Position numbers and translations under genes: made by a program. A DNA stretch of 49,816 nt from positions 1-49,816 of the forward strand of contig JBNRMU010000051.1 in NCBI GenBank assembly GCA_050309765.1. The letters are read 5' to 3'. Origin of the DNA: Christensenellales bacterium. Its GTDB lineage: Bacteria; Bacillota; Clostridia; Christensenellales; UBA1750. This document shows positions 1 to 9,267 of the stretch, one piece after another (position 1 is the first letter of the stretch; every line of letters begins with the position of its first letter). A model generated the notes under the pieces. It was not told where the DNA came from and did no database searches. It was given only the letters and a program-made list of their open reading frames with translations.

Positions 1-137
1 TGGTAATGCCTGGCGACAACATCAAGATGACGATCAAGCTGATCACGCCTATCGCCATTGAGGAAGGCCTGCGCTTCGCTATCCGCGAGGGCGGCCGCAC
101 GGTTGGCTCCGGCGTTGTTTCCAAGGTCATCGAGTAA
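1..137 (+). CDS. tuf: Elongation factor Tu, 3' end only (5' part lies off-window)
   Basis: Frame starting at nt 3 reads [44 protein letters not shown] with TAA at 135-137, a canonical EF-Tu C-terminus. Confidence 0.9.
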   Translation, partial: VMPGDNIKMTIKLITPIAIEEGLRFAIREGGRTVGSGVVSKVIE

Positions 138-168
138 GCAAAACAAAAACGGCGTAAAGCCGCAAGCG

Positions 169-213
169 CAGGGTTCGGTTCCGCATGCAGGGACCGGACC
201 CTGTTTGTTTTAT
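169..213 (+). terminator. Rho-independent terminator after tuf
   Basis: 14-bp stem CAGGGTTCGGTTCC/GGGACCGGACCCTG (two G-U pairs), loop GCATGC, followed by TTTGTTTTATT. Confidence 0.7.
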
Positions 214-280
214 TGCGGCAAAATGCGCATCAGGCGCCAAAGCAAACGGGCACATTGTGCGCTGTCATACATTATTAAGC

Positions 281-309
281 TTGTATTTGGGCATTTTTTA
301 GCGTATGAT
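281..309 (+). promoter_or_regulatory. Candidate sigma-A promoter for dnaE (TTGTAT-N17-TATGAT)
   Basis: Hexamers read at 281-286 and 304-309 with a 17-nt spacer, about 37 nt upstream of the dnaE ATG. Confidence 0.4.
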
Positions 310-345
310 TTAGGTATTCACTATGGAATAGGGGAGGGAGAAGTC

Positions 346-3300
346 ATGGCGTTTACCCATCTGCATCTGCATACGGAATACTCTTTGCTGGACGGCGCCT
401 GCCGCCTCAAGCCCCTGGTGCAGCGCGCCAAGGAGATGGGCATGGACTCCCTGGCCATCACCGACCACGGCGTGATGTACGGCGTGGTGGATTTTTACTC
501 CCTCTGCAAGGAGGCCGGCATCCATCCGATCATCGGCTGCGAAGTGTATGTGGCCACCGGCTCCCGTTTCGACAAGGACAACAGCAACCGCGAAAGCGCC
601 CACTTGATCCTGCTGTGCGAAACGCAGGAGGGCTACCAGAACTTGATCAAGCTGGTATCCGCCGGCTTTACACAAGGGTACTACTACCGCCCCCGCATCG
701 ACCATGAGCTTTTGCAGCAGCATTCCAAGGGCCTGATCGCCCTTTCCGCCTGCCTGTCCGGCGAAATTCCCCGTCTGATCTTAAACGGTCAGATGGAGGA
801 CGCCAAGGCGCTTGCCCGCAAGTACGAGGCCATGATGGGCAAGGGCAACTACTACCTGGAATTGCAGGATCACGGCATCGAGGGCGAGCGCGAGGTCGCA
901 AGCGCCCTGATCCAGATGTCCAAAGAGCTGGACATTCCCCTGGTTGCCACCAACGATGTGCATTACATCCACCAGAAGGACGCCGCCGCGCAGGAAGTGC
1001 TCATGTGCATCCAGACGGGCAAGACCCTGCAGGACGAGAACCGCATGGGGATGAACACCGACCAGCTGTATTTAAAATCCGAGGAAGAGATGGCCGCCCT
1101 GTTCCCCGAGGCGCCGGAGGCCATCCAAAACGCGCACGACATCGCCATGCGCTGCAAGGTGGACTTTGAGTTCGGCCACTACCACCTGCCGGACTTTCCC
1201 GTGCCGGGCGGCGGCAGCCATGCCGAGTACCTGCGCAAGCTCTGTTTTGAGGGCGCGCAAAAGCGCTACGGCAAGGTGGAAGGCCAGGTGCTGGAACGCC
1301 TGGAATACGAGCTTTCCGTCATCGAAAAATGCGGCTATGTGGATTATTTCCTGATCGTTTGGGACTTTGTGCGCTTTGCCAAGGAGAACGATATCCCCGT
1401 GGGCCCCGGCCGCGGCAGCGGTGCCGGCTCCATCTGCGCCTATGCCCTGACCATTACCGACATAGACCCGCTCAAGTTCGACCTGATCTTTGAGCGCTTC
1501 CTGAACCCCGAGCGCATCTCCATGCCGGACTTCGACATCGACTTTTGCTATGAGCGCCGGCAGGAGGTCATCGATTACGTGGTGCGCCGCTACGGCGAGG
1601 ATCGGGTCTCCCAGATCATCACCTTCGGCACCATGGCTGCGCGCGCGGTGGTGCGCGACGTGGGCCGCGTGCTGGGCATGTCCTATGCCGAGGTGGACGA
1701 GATCGCCAAGCTCATCCCCATGCAGCTGGGCATGACGCTGGAAAAGGCGCTGGAGCTCTCACCCGAGCTGCGCGCCATGCGCGAGAACAACGATAACGTG
1801 CACAAGCTGTTTGAATATGCCCTGGTGCTGGAGGGCATGCCCCGCCATGCCAGCACCCATGCCGCCGGCGTGGTGATCGGCGCACAGCCTTTGACGGACT
1901 TTGTGCCCCTGCAGACCAACGACGACGTGATCACCACCCAGTTCCCCATGGGTACCATCGAAAAGTTGGGCCTGCTCAAGATGGATTTCCTTGGTCTCCG
2001 GACGCTGACCATCATCAAGGATGCCATCGAGATGATCAAGGCAGACGGCGGCCCGGCCCTGGACTTCAACGAGATCGGCTACGAGGATAAAGAAACCTAC
2101 GAGATGCTCGCCAAGGGCGAGACGGACGGCGTATTCCAGCTGGAATCTGCGGGCATGCGCCGCGTGATCACGGAGCTGGGCCCCGAATCCCTGGAGGATG
2201 TGTCTGCCGTGATCTCGCTGTACCGCCCCGGTCCCATGGAGTCCATCCCCCGCTATATCCGCGGCAAAAAGGACCCCTCCACCGTGACCTATCTTTCGCC
2301 CATACTGGAAAACGTGTTAAAGGTCACCTACGGCTGCATGGTCTACCAGGAGCAGGTCATGCAGATCGTGCGCGACATGGCGGGCTATTCCATGGGTCGC
2401 AGCGACCTGGTCCGCCGCGCCATGGCCAAGAAGAAAAAGGCCGAGATGGACAAGGAAAAAGCCATCTTTGTGGACGGCCTAGTGGAGGATGGCAAGATCA
2501 TCGTGCCCGGAGCGGTGCGGCTCGGCACCTCCAAGGAGGTCGCACTGGAGGTCTTCTCCCAGATGGAGAGCTTTGCCCAGTACGCCTTTAACAAGCCGCA
2601 CGCCGCCTCCTACGCGGTGGTGGCCTACCAGACAGCCTACCTTAAATGCCATTATCCCGTGCCCTTTATGGCGGCCTGCATGAACTCCGTCGTGGGTAAT
2701 TCGGACAAGCTGGCGAGCTTTGTGCAGTACTGTAAAAAGAGCGGCATCCCGATCCTGCCGCCGGATGTAAACAAGTCCTCCGCCAGGTTCACGGTGGAAA
2801 ACGGCAGCATACGCTATGGCATGGCGGCGCTCAAGGGTGCAGGCCTGGCCGTGGTGCAGGCAATCGAAAAGGAACGGCGCGAGCGCCCCTTCAGCGATCT
2901 GTATGATTTCTGCGACCGCATGGCGCCCAAGGGCATCAACAAAAAGTGCGTCGAGTGCCTTATCAAGGCGGGCGGCATGGACAGCCTGCCCGGCAACCGC
3001 GCCCAGAAGCTGAGCGTGTACGAGCGGGCGCTGGATGGCGCCGCGCAGCGCGGCAAAAACGCCCTGGACGGGCAGCTGAGCCTCTTCGGCGACCTGATGG
3101 GCCAGGTGCAGGTGGAGCGCGCGCCGCTACCCAGGCTCCCCGAGCACCCGAAAAGGCTGCTCCTGATGATGGAAAAGGAAATGACCGGCGTTTATATCAG
3201 CGGCCACCCTTTGGACGAATACGCCGATGTTTTGCACAGGCAGAGCCAGAACATCGGTCAGCTTATACAGTATGCCGAGGAAGAGGACTGGCAGAAGTAC

Positions 3301-3777
3301 GACGGCATCCCGGTACAGATCGGTGCCATCGTGCTGGAGTCGCGCCTTGTGACGACGCGCAACAACGCGCTGATGTGCTTCCTTCGCGTGGAGGACTTTT
3401 ACGCCAGCATCGAAGCGCTGGTATTCCCCAAGGTGTATGAGCGCCTGAGCCGCTATCTGCAGGTGGACAGCGCCGTGATGCTCAGCGGCAGGCTATCCCT
3501 GCGCGAGGAAAAGCCGCCCAGCATCGTGGTGGAAAACGCCGCCCCCCTGGCGGAGCTGCCGGCAAAGGAGCAGCGGCTGTATCTGCGCCTGAGCCGCGCC
3601 GCACAGATGCCGGAGGTCATGAAGCTGCTGGAAACCTCGCCCGGTTCCTGCCAGGTGCGCGTGGTCTCCGACGGCAAGACCTATGTCCTGCCCAAGGAAA
3701 AGTTCGTGGAACCGGATGCACAGCTGCTGGAACAGGCTGCGCAGCTGCTCGGCAGGGAAAATGTGCGCCTTGCGTAG
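346..3777 (+). CDS. dnaE: DNA polymerase III alpha subunit, DnaE type (1143 aa)
   Basis: ORF 58..3777. Start moved to ATG 346 (MAFTHLHLHTEYSLLDGA, typical PHP-domain N-terminus), preceded by GGGGAGGGAG at 331-340. Polymerase-core motifs are present throughout (e.g. GLLKMDFLGLRTLT, YRPGPM). Confidence 0.93.
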   Translation: MAFTHLHLHTEYSLLDGACRLKPLVQRAKEMGMDSLAITDHGVMYGVVDFYSLCKEAGIHPIIGCEVYVATGSRFDKDNSNRESAHLILLCETQEGYQNLIKLVSAGFTQGYYYRPRIDHELLQQHSKGLIALSACLSGEIPRLILNGQMEDAKALARKYEAMMGKGNYYLELQDHGIEGEREVASALIQMSKELDIPLVATNDVHYIHQKDAAAQEVLMCIQTGKTLQDENRMGMNTDQLYLKSEEEMAALFPEAPEAIQNAHDIAMRCKVDFEFGHYHLPDFPVPGGGSHAEYLRKLCFEGAQKRYGKVEGQVLERLEYELSVIEKCGYVDYFLIVWDFVRFAKENDIPVGPGRGSGAGSICAYALTITDIDPLKFDLIFERFLNPERISMPDFDIDFCYERRQEVIDYVVRRYGEDRVSQIITFGTMAARAVVRDVGRVLGMSYAEVDEIAKLIPMQLGMTLEKALELSPELRAMRENNDNVHKLFEYALVLEGMPRHASTHAAGVVIGAQPLTDFVPLQTNDDVITTQFPMGTIEKLGLLKMDFLGLRTLTIIKDAIEMIKADGGPALDFNEIGYEDKETYEMLAKGETDGVFQLESAGMRRVITELGPESLEDVSAVISLYRPGPMESIPRYIRGKKDPSTVTYLSPILENVLKVTYGCMVYQEQVMQIVRDMAGYSMGRSDLVRRAMAKKKKAEMDKEKAIFVDGLVEDGKIIVPGAVRLGTSKEVALEVFSQMESFAQYAFNKPHAASYAVVAYQTAYLKCHYPVPFMAACMNSVVGNSDKLASFVQYCKKSGIPILPPDVNKSSARFTVENGSIRYGMAALKGAGLAVVQAIEKERRERPFSDLYDFCDRMAPKGINKKCVECLIKAGGMDSLPGNRAQKLSVYERALDGAAQRGKNALDGQLSLFGDLMGQVQVERAPLPRLPEHPKRLLLMMEKEMTGVYISGHPLDEYADVLHRQSQNIGQLIQYAEEEDWQKYDGIPVQIGAIVLESRLVTTRNNALMCFLRVEDFYASIEALVFPKVYERLSRYLQVDSAVMLSGRLSLREEKPPSIVVENAAPLAELPAKEQRLYLRLSRAAQMPEVMKLLETSPGSCQVRVVSDGKTYVLPKEKFVEPDAQLLEQAAQLLGRENVRLA

Positions 3778-3815
3778 TCTTTTGCTGAAAAAGACGAAAA
3801 ATCAGGTGTTTTTGC

Positions 3816-3844
3816 TTGAACTACGCGCTATACTGTGCTATACT
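3816..3844 (+). promoter_or_regulatory. Candidate extended -10 promoter (TTGAAC-N17-TGcTATACT) upstream of the small ORF and pfkA
   Basis: TTGAAC at 3816-3821, 17-nt spacer ending in TGC, TATACT at 3839-3844. Confidence 0.45.
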
Positions 3845-3896
3845 TCCAAACAGCTTTAAACATCGCTCTTCTGCAGAGAAAGGGGCCTCAACTTCA

Positions 3897-4121
3897 GTGA
3901 AAGCCAAGGTGAACAGCCGCGGTGCCTGGATCGTGATCCATATGGTCCGGTCCCTGTCCGCTGCGAAGCGCCTGGAGCAGAAACTGGCGGAGGAGGGCAT
4001 CCTCGTGCGGCTGCAGCCCGTGTACAAGAACCGCGGCGATGAGGACAATTATTACGAAATACTGGTTTTATCTGCGGAATCTGAGGCAGCCAGAGAAACC
4101 ATTTTTGAAAAAGGATTTTAA
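3897..4121 (+). CDS. Small hypothetical protein (about 74 aa; start uncertain, GTG 3897 or ATG 3942)
   Basis: ORF 3816..4121. AGAAAGGGG lies about 11 nt before the in-frame GTG 3897. The C-terminal part (WIVIHMVRSLSAAKRLEQKLAEEGILVRLQPV...YYEILVLSAESEAARETIF) looks like a small beta-alpha-beta domain. No family confidently recognised. Confidence 0.4.
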   Translation: MKAKVNSRGAWIVIHMVRSLSAAKRLEQKLAEEGILVRLQPVYKNRGDEDNYYEILVLSAESEAARETIFEKGF

Positions 4122-4141
4122 AAGAGGAGATACAGATAGTT

Positions 4142-5164
4142 ATGGCTATGCATAGAATCGGAATCCTGACCAGCGGCGGCGACGCGCCCGGCATGAATGC
4201 CGCTGTGCGCGCGGTGGTGCGTTCCGCGCTGTATTACGATATGGAGATACTGGGCATTCGCGACGGCTATATGGGACTGAAGCGCGACGAGGTGGAAGAG
4301 CTTTACGCCGGTTCTGTCGGCGATATCATCCATCGCGGCGGCACATTCCTCGGCACCGCGCGCCTGCCCGGCTTTGCCACCGACAGGCAGCTGCGCGAGG
4401 ACTGCTACAAGACCCTGCGCAAATACGGCATTGAGGGCCTGGTCGTCTGCGGCGGCGACGGCTCCTTCAGGGGCTCGAGCGTCCTGTATAAGGAAAGCGG
4501 CATCCCCACCGTCGGCCTGCCCGGCACCATCGACAATGACCTTGGCTACACCGATTACACCATCGGCTTTGATACCGCCGTCAACACCTGCGTGGAAAAC
4601 ATCAACAAGCTGCGCGATACCATGGCCTCCCACGGCCGCGTGTCCGTGGTGGAGGTGATGGGCCGCAACTGCGGCGACATCGCCGTGCATTCCGGCATTG
4701 CCGCCGGCGCCGAGGCCATATTGGTGCCGGAGATGAAGCTCAGCGACAAGCAGTGGCTGGAGTATATCGTCAAAAAGCTGCGCGTGTCCTTTGGCCGCGG
4801 CAAGAAGTACGGCATCATTGTCATGGCCGAGGGCGTGACCTTCCAGTCCAAGAACGAGTATTTCACCGCCGATTACATCGCCGAATGGCTGAACCAGAAC
4901 GCCGACCTTGTCGGCCAGCGGGTGGACGCCCGCGGCTGTGTCATCGGCCATGTGCAGCGCGGCGGTTCTCCCACCGCGTCGGACCGCATCCTGGCTGCCC
5001 GCATGGGCGAGGCCGCGGTGGACGCCCTGCGTGAAGGCAAGGCCAACGTGTGCGTGGGCATCCGGCGCAACCGCATAGTGACCGTGGATACCGATAAGGC
5101 GACCTCGATGAAAAACCGCGTGGACAAGCATCTGATCACCCTTGCGGATATACTGGCAAGGTAA
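4142..5164 (+). CDS. pfkA: ATP-dependent 6-phosphofructokinase
   Basis: MAMHRIGILTSGGDAPGMNAAVRAVVR..., GGDGS, and PGTIDND motifs. AAGAGGAG RBS about 12 nt upstream. Confidence 0.92.
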   Translation: MAMHRIGILTSGGDAPGMNAAVRAVVRSALYYDMEILGIRDGYMGLKRDEVEELYAGSVGDIIHRGGTFLGTARLPGFATDRQLREDCYKTLRKYGIEGLVVCGGDGSFRGSSVLYKESGIPTVGLPGTIDNDLGYTDYTIGFDTAVNTCVENINKLRDTMASHGRVSVVEVMGRNCGDIAVHSGIAAGAEAILVPEMKLSDKQWLEYIVKKLRVSFGRGKKYGIIVMAEGVTFQSKNEYFTADYIAEWLNQNADLVGQRVDARGCVIGHVQRGGSPTASDRILAARMGEAAVDALREGKANVCVGIRRNRIVTVDTDKATSMKNRVDKHLITLADILAR

Positions 5165-5178
5165 ACGTTATTAAGTTC

Positions 5179-5217
5179 AAAGCCGCTGACAAAGAGCCTT
5201 TGCAGCGGCTTTTCTTT
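5179..5217 (+). terminator. Rho-independent terminator after pfkA
   Basis: AAAGCCGCTG...CAGCGGCTTT stem followed by TCTTT. Confidence 0.65.
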
Positions 5218-5286
5218 GGCAAAAAACAGAGCGGCAGTACCGGCGTGGATCCCGCCGAACAGATTAAAACGGCGCAAGAACAGCAT

Positions 5287-5323
5287 ACGCCGCCCCTTTG
5301 ATGCAAAGGGGCGGCGTTTTTAT
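5287..5323. terminator. Strong hairpin between convergent pfkA and the MBL gene (second or bidirectional terminator)
   Basis: ACGCCGCCCCTTTG-atg-CAAAGGGGCGGCGT followed by TTTTTATT on the + strand. The T-tract on the - strand is weaker. Confidence 0.6.
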
Positions 5324-5365
5324 TCAGAAACAATGTTTTTTCGGCACTGTTTGCCTGCGCGTTTG

Positions 5366-6370
5366 TCAGGGAACGATGTGCTCCTCGCCATCCTCCCACT
5401 TGACCGGGGGCAGCGTTACCTGCACGCGGGTATAGCCCTCGCCGTAGGCCATGCCCTTCTGGGCGGGGCGGTCGGGGAAGAGATGGAACTTGATGTCCAC
5501 ATATTCCAGATCGGGGTCGCCGCGCAGGTATTTGCGGTGCATCTCCAGCAGGTTTTCCACGATGCGGATGTCCTGGCTCATGACATCGATGATGCCGCAG
5601 TAAGTGCTGTGGCCGGTGAAGATCTGGCGGAACATGCCTGCGTTGTACTGGTCGATAAATCGCTTCAGGTAGCGGATGTGCGTGCTGGCAGCATGGGTGC
5701 GCGTGCCGTTGTTGAAGTTCACGCAGTCGCCGGTGAAGGCCATCTTTTCGCCCTCGTCGATGAAATACAGGTGTCCGGGGCTGTGTCCGGGCAGATTGTA
5801 GGCGGTCACCACGCGGCCGCCGCCAAGGTCGAAGCTGTCGCCTTCCTTGATATAGCAGATCTCGGTGTCCCGGTCGCCGCGGTTGATGCAGCTTTCGTCC
5901 GGGTTCCAGATCTCCCAGTGGCCGATGTGCAGGCGGTTGTTCCAGATAAACTCGTCCATGTTAAAGTCCGGCCTGGTGAGCCAGCGGATGCTGTCCATCC
6001 CGCCTTTATCGCCGCCGCCGTGGCCCATGGGACGGGCCATATCGACCTCGGTTTTGTTGATGTAGATGCGATCGAACTGGTGCATCATGCCGATGTGGTC
6101 GGGATGGGCGTGGGTGATGACCACGTCATAGGGCTTGTCGGTCAGGCTTTCGACGATCTCGCGGAAGTTGCAGTAGCCCATGCCCGCGTCCACAACCAGG
6201 GCGCGGTCCTTGCCCTCGAGCACATACATGTTGTTGCAGCCGAACTCGTTTACGCACCAGGTCTTGTAGCCGACCTCTGTGAGGATCGGCGTTTTCAGGC
6301 CGCCGTTTGCAGGGCGCTGGGCGGCATCGTTTTTGGGCGCATTAAAGTCCTTGTAGGTGTTGCCAGCCAT
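5366..6370 (-). CDS. MBL-fold metallo-hydrolase (334 aa)
   Basis: ORF 5366..6397. Start moved to MAGNTYKDF, preceded by GAGGAGG. HxHxDH motif present (VVITHAHPDHIG). Substrate unknown. Confidence 0.75.
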   Translation of the reverse strand: MAGNTYKDFNAPKNDAAQRPANGGLKTPILTEVGYKTWCVNEFGCNNMYVLEGKDRALVVDAGMGYCNFREIVESLTDKPYDVVITHAHPDHIGMMHQFDRIYINKTEVDMARPMGHGGGDKGGMDSIRWLTRPDFNMDEFIWNNRLHIGHWEIWNPDESCINRGDRDTEICYIKEGDSFDLGGGRVVTAYNLPGHSPGHLYFIDEGEKMAFTGDCVNFNNGTRTHAASTHIRYLKRFIDQYNAGMFRQIFTGHSTYCGIIDVMSQDIRIVENLLEMHRKYLRGDPDLEYVDIKFHLFPDRPAQKGMAYGEGYTRVQVTLPPVKWEDGEEHIVP

Positions 6371-6412
6371 AGAAGGGTTCCTCCTCGTTACAATCAATTA
6401 CTTGCGTATACA

Positions 6413-6442
6413 ATTATATCACAGGGATTTTCCATTGCGCAA
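6413..6442 (-). promoter_or_regulatory. Candidate extended -10 promoter for the MBL gene (TTGCGC-N18-TGaTATAAT)
   Basis: Read on the coding strand in the mirror copy at 43375-43404. Confidence 0.45.
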
Positions 6443-6472
6443 TGGGTTTGTTTGCATTAATTTGCGGGCCAT

Positions 6473-6520
6473 GGAAAAAGAAGGGGCCTGACAAAAGCTA
6501 AAAGCTTTTGTCAGGCCCCT
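6473..6520 (-). terminator. Rho-independent terminator after the C11 peptidase gene
   Basis: Perfect 17-bp stem GGGGCCTGACAAAAGCT/AGCTTTTGTCAGGCCCC followed (on the - strand) by TTCTTTTTCC. Confidence 0.8.
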
Positions 6521-6540
6521 GGCGTTGTTTGTAGGTTGCT

Positions 6541-9018
6541 TTACGGGATTGCCGGCGTCCAGTAGCTTTGGCAATAGATGTCGGTGAACAGATACATGGC
6601 GCTGGCCCGCTCGCTGTCGATATAAACGTTGCTGATCACAAGATCCTCGCTGTATTTCAGCGGCGCATCGGTCAGGCGGTAGCTGTCCTGATATTGGCCG
6701 TCGTAGCTGTAATAATCGCAGAGGAAGTAGATTTCGTCGCCCTCTACAAGCTCCAGATCGCTCTTGGAGACGGTCTCCGTTTCGCCGTTCACATAGGCGC
6801 TGGTGGCGCCGGCGATGTAGCCGTAGGGGTTGTCGCTGTCAAAGACCAAGAGCAGGTCGGCACGGCTGCCGTTCAGCAGCACGGGCACGCGGCCGGTGAT
6901 GGTGTATTTGTCGCCGTCCTGCACGGTGTCCACGTGGTAGTAGGCTACGGGCTGGTCGTCGATGGCCAGCCAGGTGCCGTCAAAGGCGCCCAGCAGCGTG
7001 CCGTCGTTCGTGAACTCAAACACATTGTCAAGGCCCAGATCGATATAGCCCTCGCCGTCGTCATAGAAGACGTTCAGCTCCAGATCGTCCACTAGGGACC
7101 ACTGTTCTTCGGTCAGAAGCATCTGGTAAACGCCGTCGCGCTGTGTCCACACCAGTGCGGCGGGATCGAAGCGGTTCTCGGAAAGGTACTGGGTGGCGCT
7201 GTCCACGTCCAGATTGCGGCCGAGGAAGTTCGCGCTGGAACCGGAGCCGCCAAAGCCGGACAGGCCGGACACATCGCCGCCGAGCAAGCTGCCGAGCAGG
7301 CTGCCGATGTCCATGCCGGGCAGGCTCTGACCGGAGGAACCGAGCAGCGTGGGCAGGGGGGACGCCGCGCCGCCGGACACGGCCTGGCCGCCCACTTCCA
7401 TGCTGGCAAACTGCTGGATGCAACGGGTGTATTCGCTGTCCAGGCCGATGGCGTCAAAGGCGGAAACGGCGCTATCCACGCGCGAGACCTTCTGGTAGGG
7501 GAAGTAGATGGCAAGCCCGTAGGCGTCGGTCATGTTGGCAGAGGTTTTGTTGTACTTGACCGCGCCCAATATGGCCTGCGCCAGCGCGCGGCTCTGCTCG
7601 GTATCCAGATTGTGGGCCAGATGCACCAGGTCCACCTGGTCGGTCTTGCTGGAGGTGGCAAACTCGCGGGTGCTGCTGCGCGCTTTGGAAACGGTCTTGT
7701 ACTCGCTTTGCTGCAACAGATCGGAGAGATTCAGGGCAAATTCGCGGAACTTGGATGGCACGGTCTTTTCCAGCTCGGCCAGGTCCACCACGGATAGCGT
7801 GGCCTTCTGGCCGCTGCAGCGCTGGCTGCATACGCCCACAAAGTCGTCCACGATGGCCTTGCCGACCTCTACCGTGGGCATGGAGGGGTTCTGGGCAAAG
7901 GCGCTCAGCCAGTTGGTGTAGTACCAGCCGGCGCCGGGCTCCGTTTCCTCGGAGGCGACGAGATAGTCCGCATAGGGCGCCAAGGTGAGGGCGTTTTCCA
8001 GCGTGCCCATCAGGCAGGTGTCAAAGCCGATAAAATCAAAGGTCGTGCCCGCGGCAGAGAGCGCCTCGTCGATCTTTTTGAGGGTCATGGAGCCGCTGCG
8101 GGGGTTCTTTTCGTCGTAGCCGTAGCCGCTGATGGCACCGCCGCCGTGGTCCCAGAAGATGAGCTCGTTGCGGTTGGCGGGGAAGTTTTCCGTGCAGAAG
8201 TTGATGAAATGGGTCAGCGTCTTGGGGTCGGTCATGACGGCGTTGCCGTCGTTTTTGACCAGGCAGCGCAAACCGCCGTTTTCGACCTTGTAGATCTGGT
8301 TGGCAGAGCTGGAGACGACGTTGTTCTTCCACTGTTTGCTGCCGCCGGTATAGACGAGCACGTTCACATGGTCGTTCAGCTTGGCGGAGACCATCTCCAT
8401 CAGGTCGGCGGAAGCCGCGCCGCTTCTGGATTCCAGATCGGCGCCGCAGATGTATACCATGATGGTTACCTGGTCCTGGCCGTTACCCAGAATCTGGGTG
8501 CGTTTTTCGCGGGCGGAGGCATCCACGGAGGTATTGAGCTTGCCCGTGTTGGGCGTTTCGCTCCAGCCGGTGGAAACGTTGCCCGCGCCGCTGCCGAGCA
8601 GGCTGGCAAAGTCAAAGCCCTGCGCGCCGTAGGCACTTGCGCTCGTCAAACCGCTGGAGGTGCTTTGCGAGGCGCCGCCTTGACTGCTGCTGTAGGGTTG
8701 CTGTTGCTGCTGCACATAGGCGCTGCTGGGCGCGGTGACGGGTTCGGAACCGCCGCCGCCGAGCAGACCGCCCAAGGCCCCGCCGCCGCCCAGCAGCAGC
8801 ACTGCTGCGGCGATGAGGATCTTCATCAGCGAACCGCCGCCGGAGGCGCGGGTCTGTCCGGAGCTTTTGCCGGAGGACGGCGGACGCCGTCCGGAATAAT
8901 TGCCGCCGGAACCGCTGCCGTGGCCGACGGGACCACTGCCAAGCCCGCTGCCGTGTTTTTGGATGGGCTTACCGGTGCCGGTAACGTTTTTTTGTCTGCC
9001 CAAAGGTCTGTTTTGCAT
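6541..9018 (-). CDS. Membrane-anchored clostripain-family (peptidase C11) cysteine protease, 825 aa
   Basis: ORF 6541..9144. Start moved to MQNRPLGRQ, preceded by GGGAGGGAAA. Catalytic-type motifs IFWDHGGGAISGYGYD (His) and FDFIGFDTCLMG (Cys). One TM helix (ILIAAAVLLLGGGGALGGLL) follows a Gly/Ser-rich N-terminus. Confidence 0.75.
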   Translation of the reverse strand: MQNRPLGRQKNVTGTGKPIQKHGSGLGSGPVGHGSGSGGNYSGRRPPSSGKSSGQTRASGGGSLMKILIAAAVLLLGGGGALGGLLGGGGSEPVTAPSSAYVQQQQQPYSSSQGGASQSTSSGLTSASAYGAQGFDFASLLGSGAGNVSTGWSETPNTGKLNTSVDASAREKRTQILGNGQDQVTIMVYICGADLESRSGAASADLMEMVSAKLNDHVNVLVYTGGSKQWKNNVVSSSANQIYKVENGGLRCLVKNDGNAVMTDPKTLTHFINFCTENFPANRNELIFWDHGGGAISGYGYDEKNPRSGSMTLKKIDEALSAAGTTFDFIGFDTCLMGTLENALTLAPYADYLVASEETEPGAGWYYTNWLSAFAQNPSMPTVEVGKAIVDDFVGVCSQRCSGQKATLSVVDLAELEKTVPSKFREFALNLSDLLQQSEYKTVSKARSSTREFATSSKTDQVDLVHLAHNLDTEQSRALAQAILGAVKYNKTSANMTDAYGLAIYFPYQKVSRVDSAVSAFDAIGLDSEYTRCIQQFASMEVGGQAVSGGAASPLPTLLGSSGQSLPGMDIGSLLGSLLGGDVSGLSGFGGSGSSANFLGRNLDVDSATQYLSENRFDPAALVWTQRDGVYQMLLTEEQWSLVDDLELNVFYDDGEGYIDLGLDNVFEFTNDGTLLGAFDGTWLAIDDQPVAYYHVDTVQDGDKYTITGRVPVLLNGSRADLLLVFDSDNPYGYIAGATSAYVNGETETVSKSDLELVEGDEIYFLCDYYSYDGQYQDSYRLTDAPLKYSEDLVISNVYIDSERASAMYLFTDIYCQSYWTPAIP

Positions 9019-9149
9019 TCGTTTCCCTCCCAGTGAAGAGACGTATTTTGCTGAACGCGGCCGCATGAAAGACATGCGGTGTAAATGCTCTAATGAAAGC
9101 CGCCGCGCAGGCGGTGATCCGGCGCAGGCACGGCTCTTGCACACCCTTT

Positions 9150-9179
9150 ATTGTAGCAATTTGCGACCGCAATCGTCAA
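9150..9179 (-). promoter_or_regulatory. Candidate extended -10 promoter for the C11 peptidase gene (TTGACG-N18-TGcTACAAT)
   Basis: Read on the coding strand in the mirror copy at 40638-40667. Leaves a leader of about 130 nt. Confidence 0.5.
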
Positions 9180-9218
9180 TATGCAAGGCACAAAACAAAG
9201 GCGCGCAGCGCTTATTTG

Positions 9219-9250
9219 CAAAAACAAAACCGGCGTCCAAGGGACGCCGG
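9219..9250 (-). terminator. Rho-independent terminator after the SDR gene
   Basis: CCGGCGTCC-ctt-GGACGCCGG followed by TTTTGTTTTTG on the coding strand. Confidence 0.8.
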
Positions 9251-9267
9251 AATCGTTCGCATGCGCT

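Noticed and set aside
58-345. 96-codon N-terminal extension of dnaE in the ORF track
   Set aside because: It overlaps the tuf 3' end and terminator. The conserved PHP-domain N-terminus and the RBS are at 346. Similar extensions were trimmed for the C11 peptidase (9019..9144), SDR, SPT-like gene (11235..11729), MBL gene and rpmF.
3776-3794. Hairpin GTCTTTT-gctg-AAAAGAC after dnaE as a terminator
   Set aside because: It is only a 7-bp AT-rich stem with no following T-tract, too weak to call.
5216-6460. 414-aa ORF on the plus strand
   Set aside because: It is antisense to the MBL hydrolase gene. The composition is Ala/Val/Gly/His/Asp-rich, typical of shadow ORFs in high-GC coding DNA, and it has no RBS or motifs.
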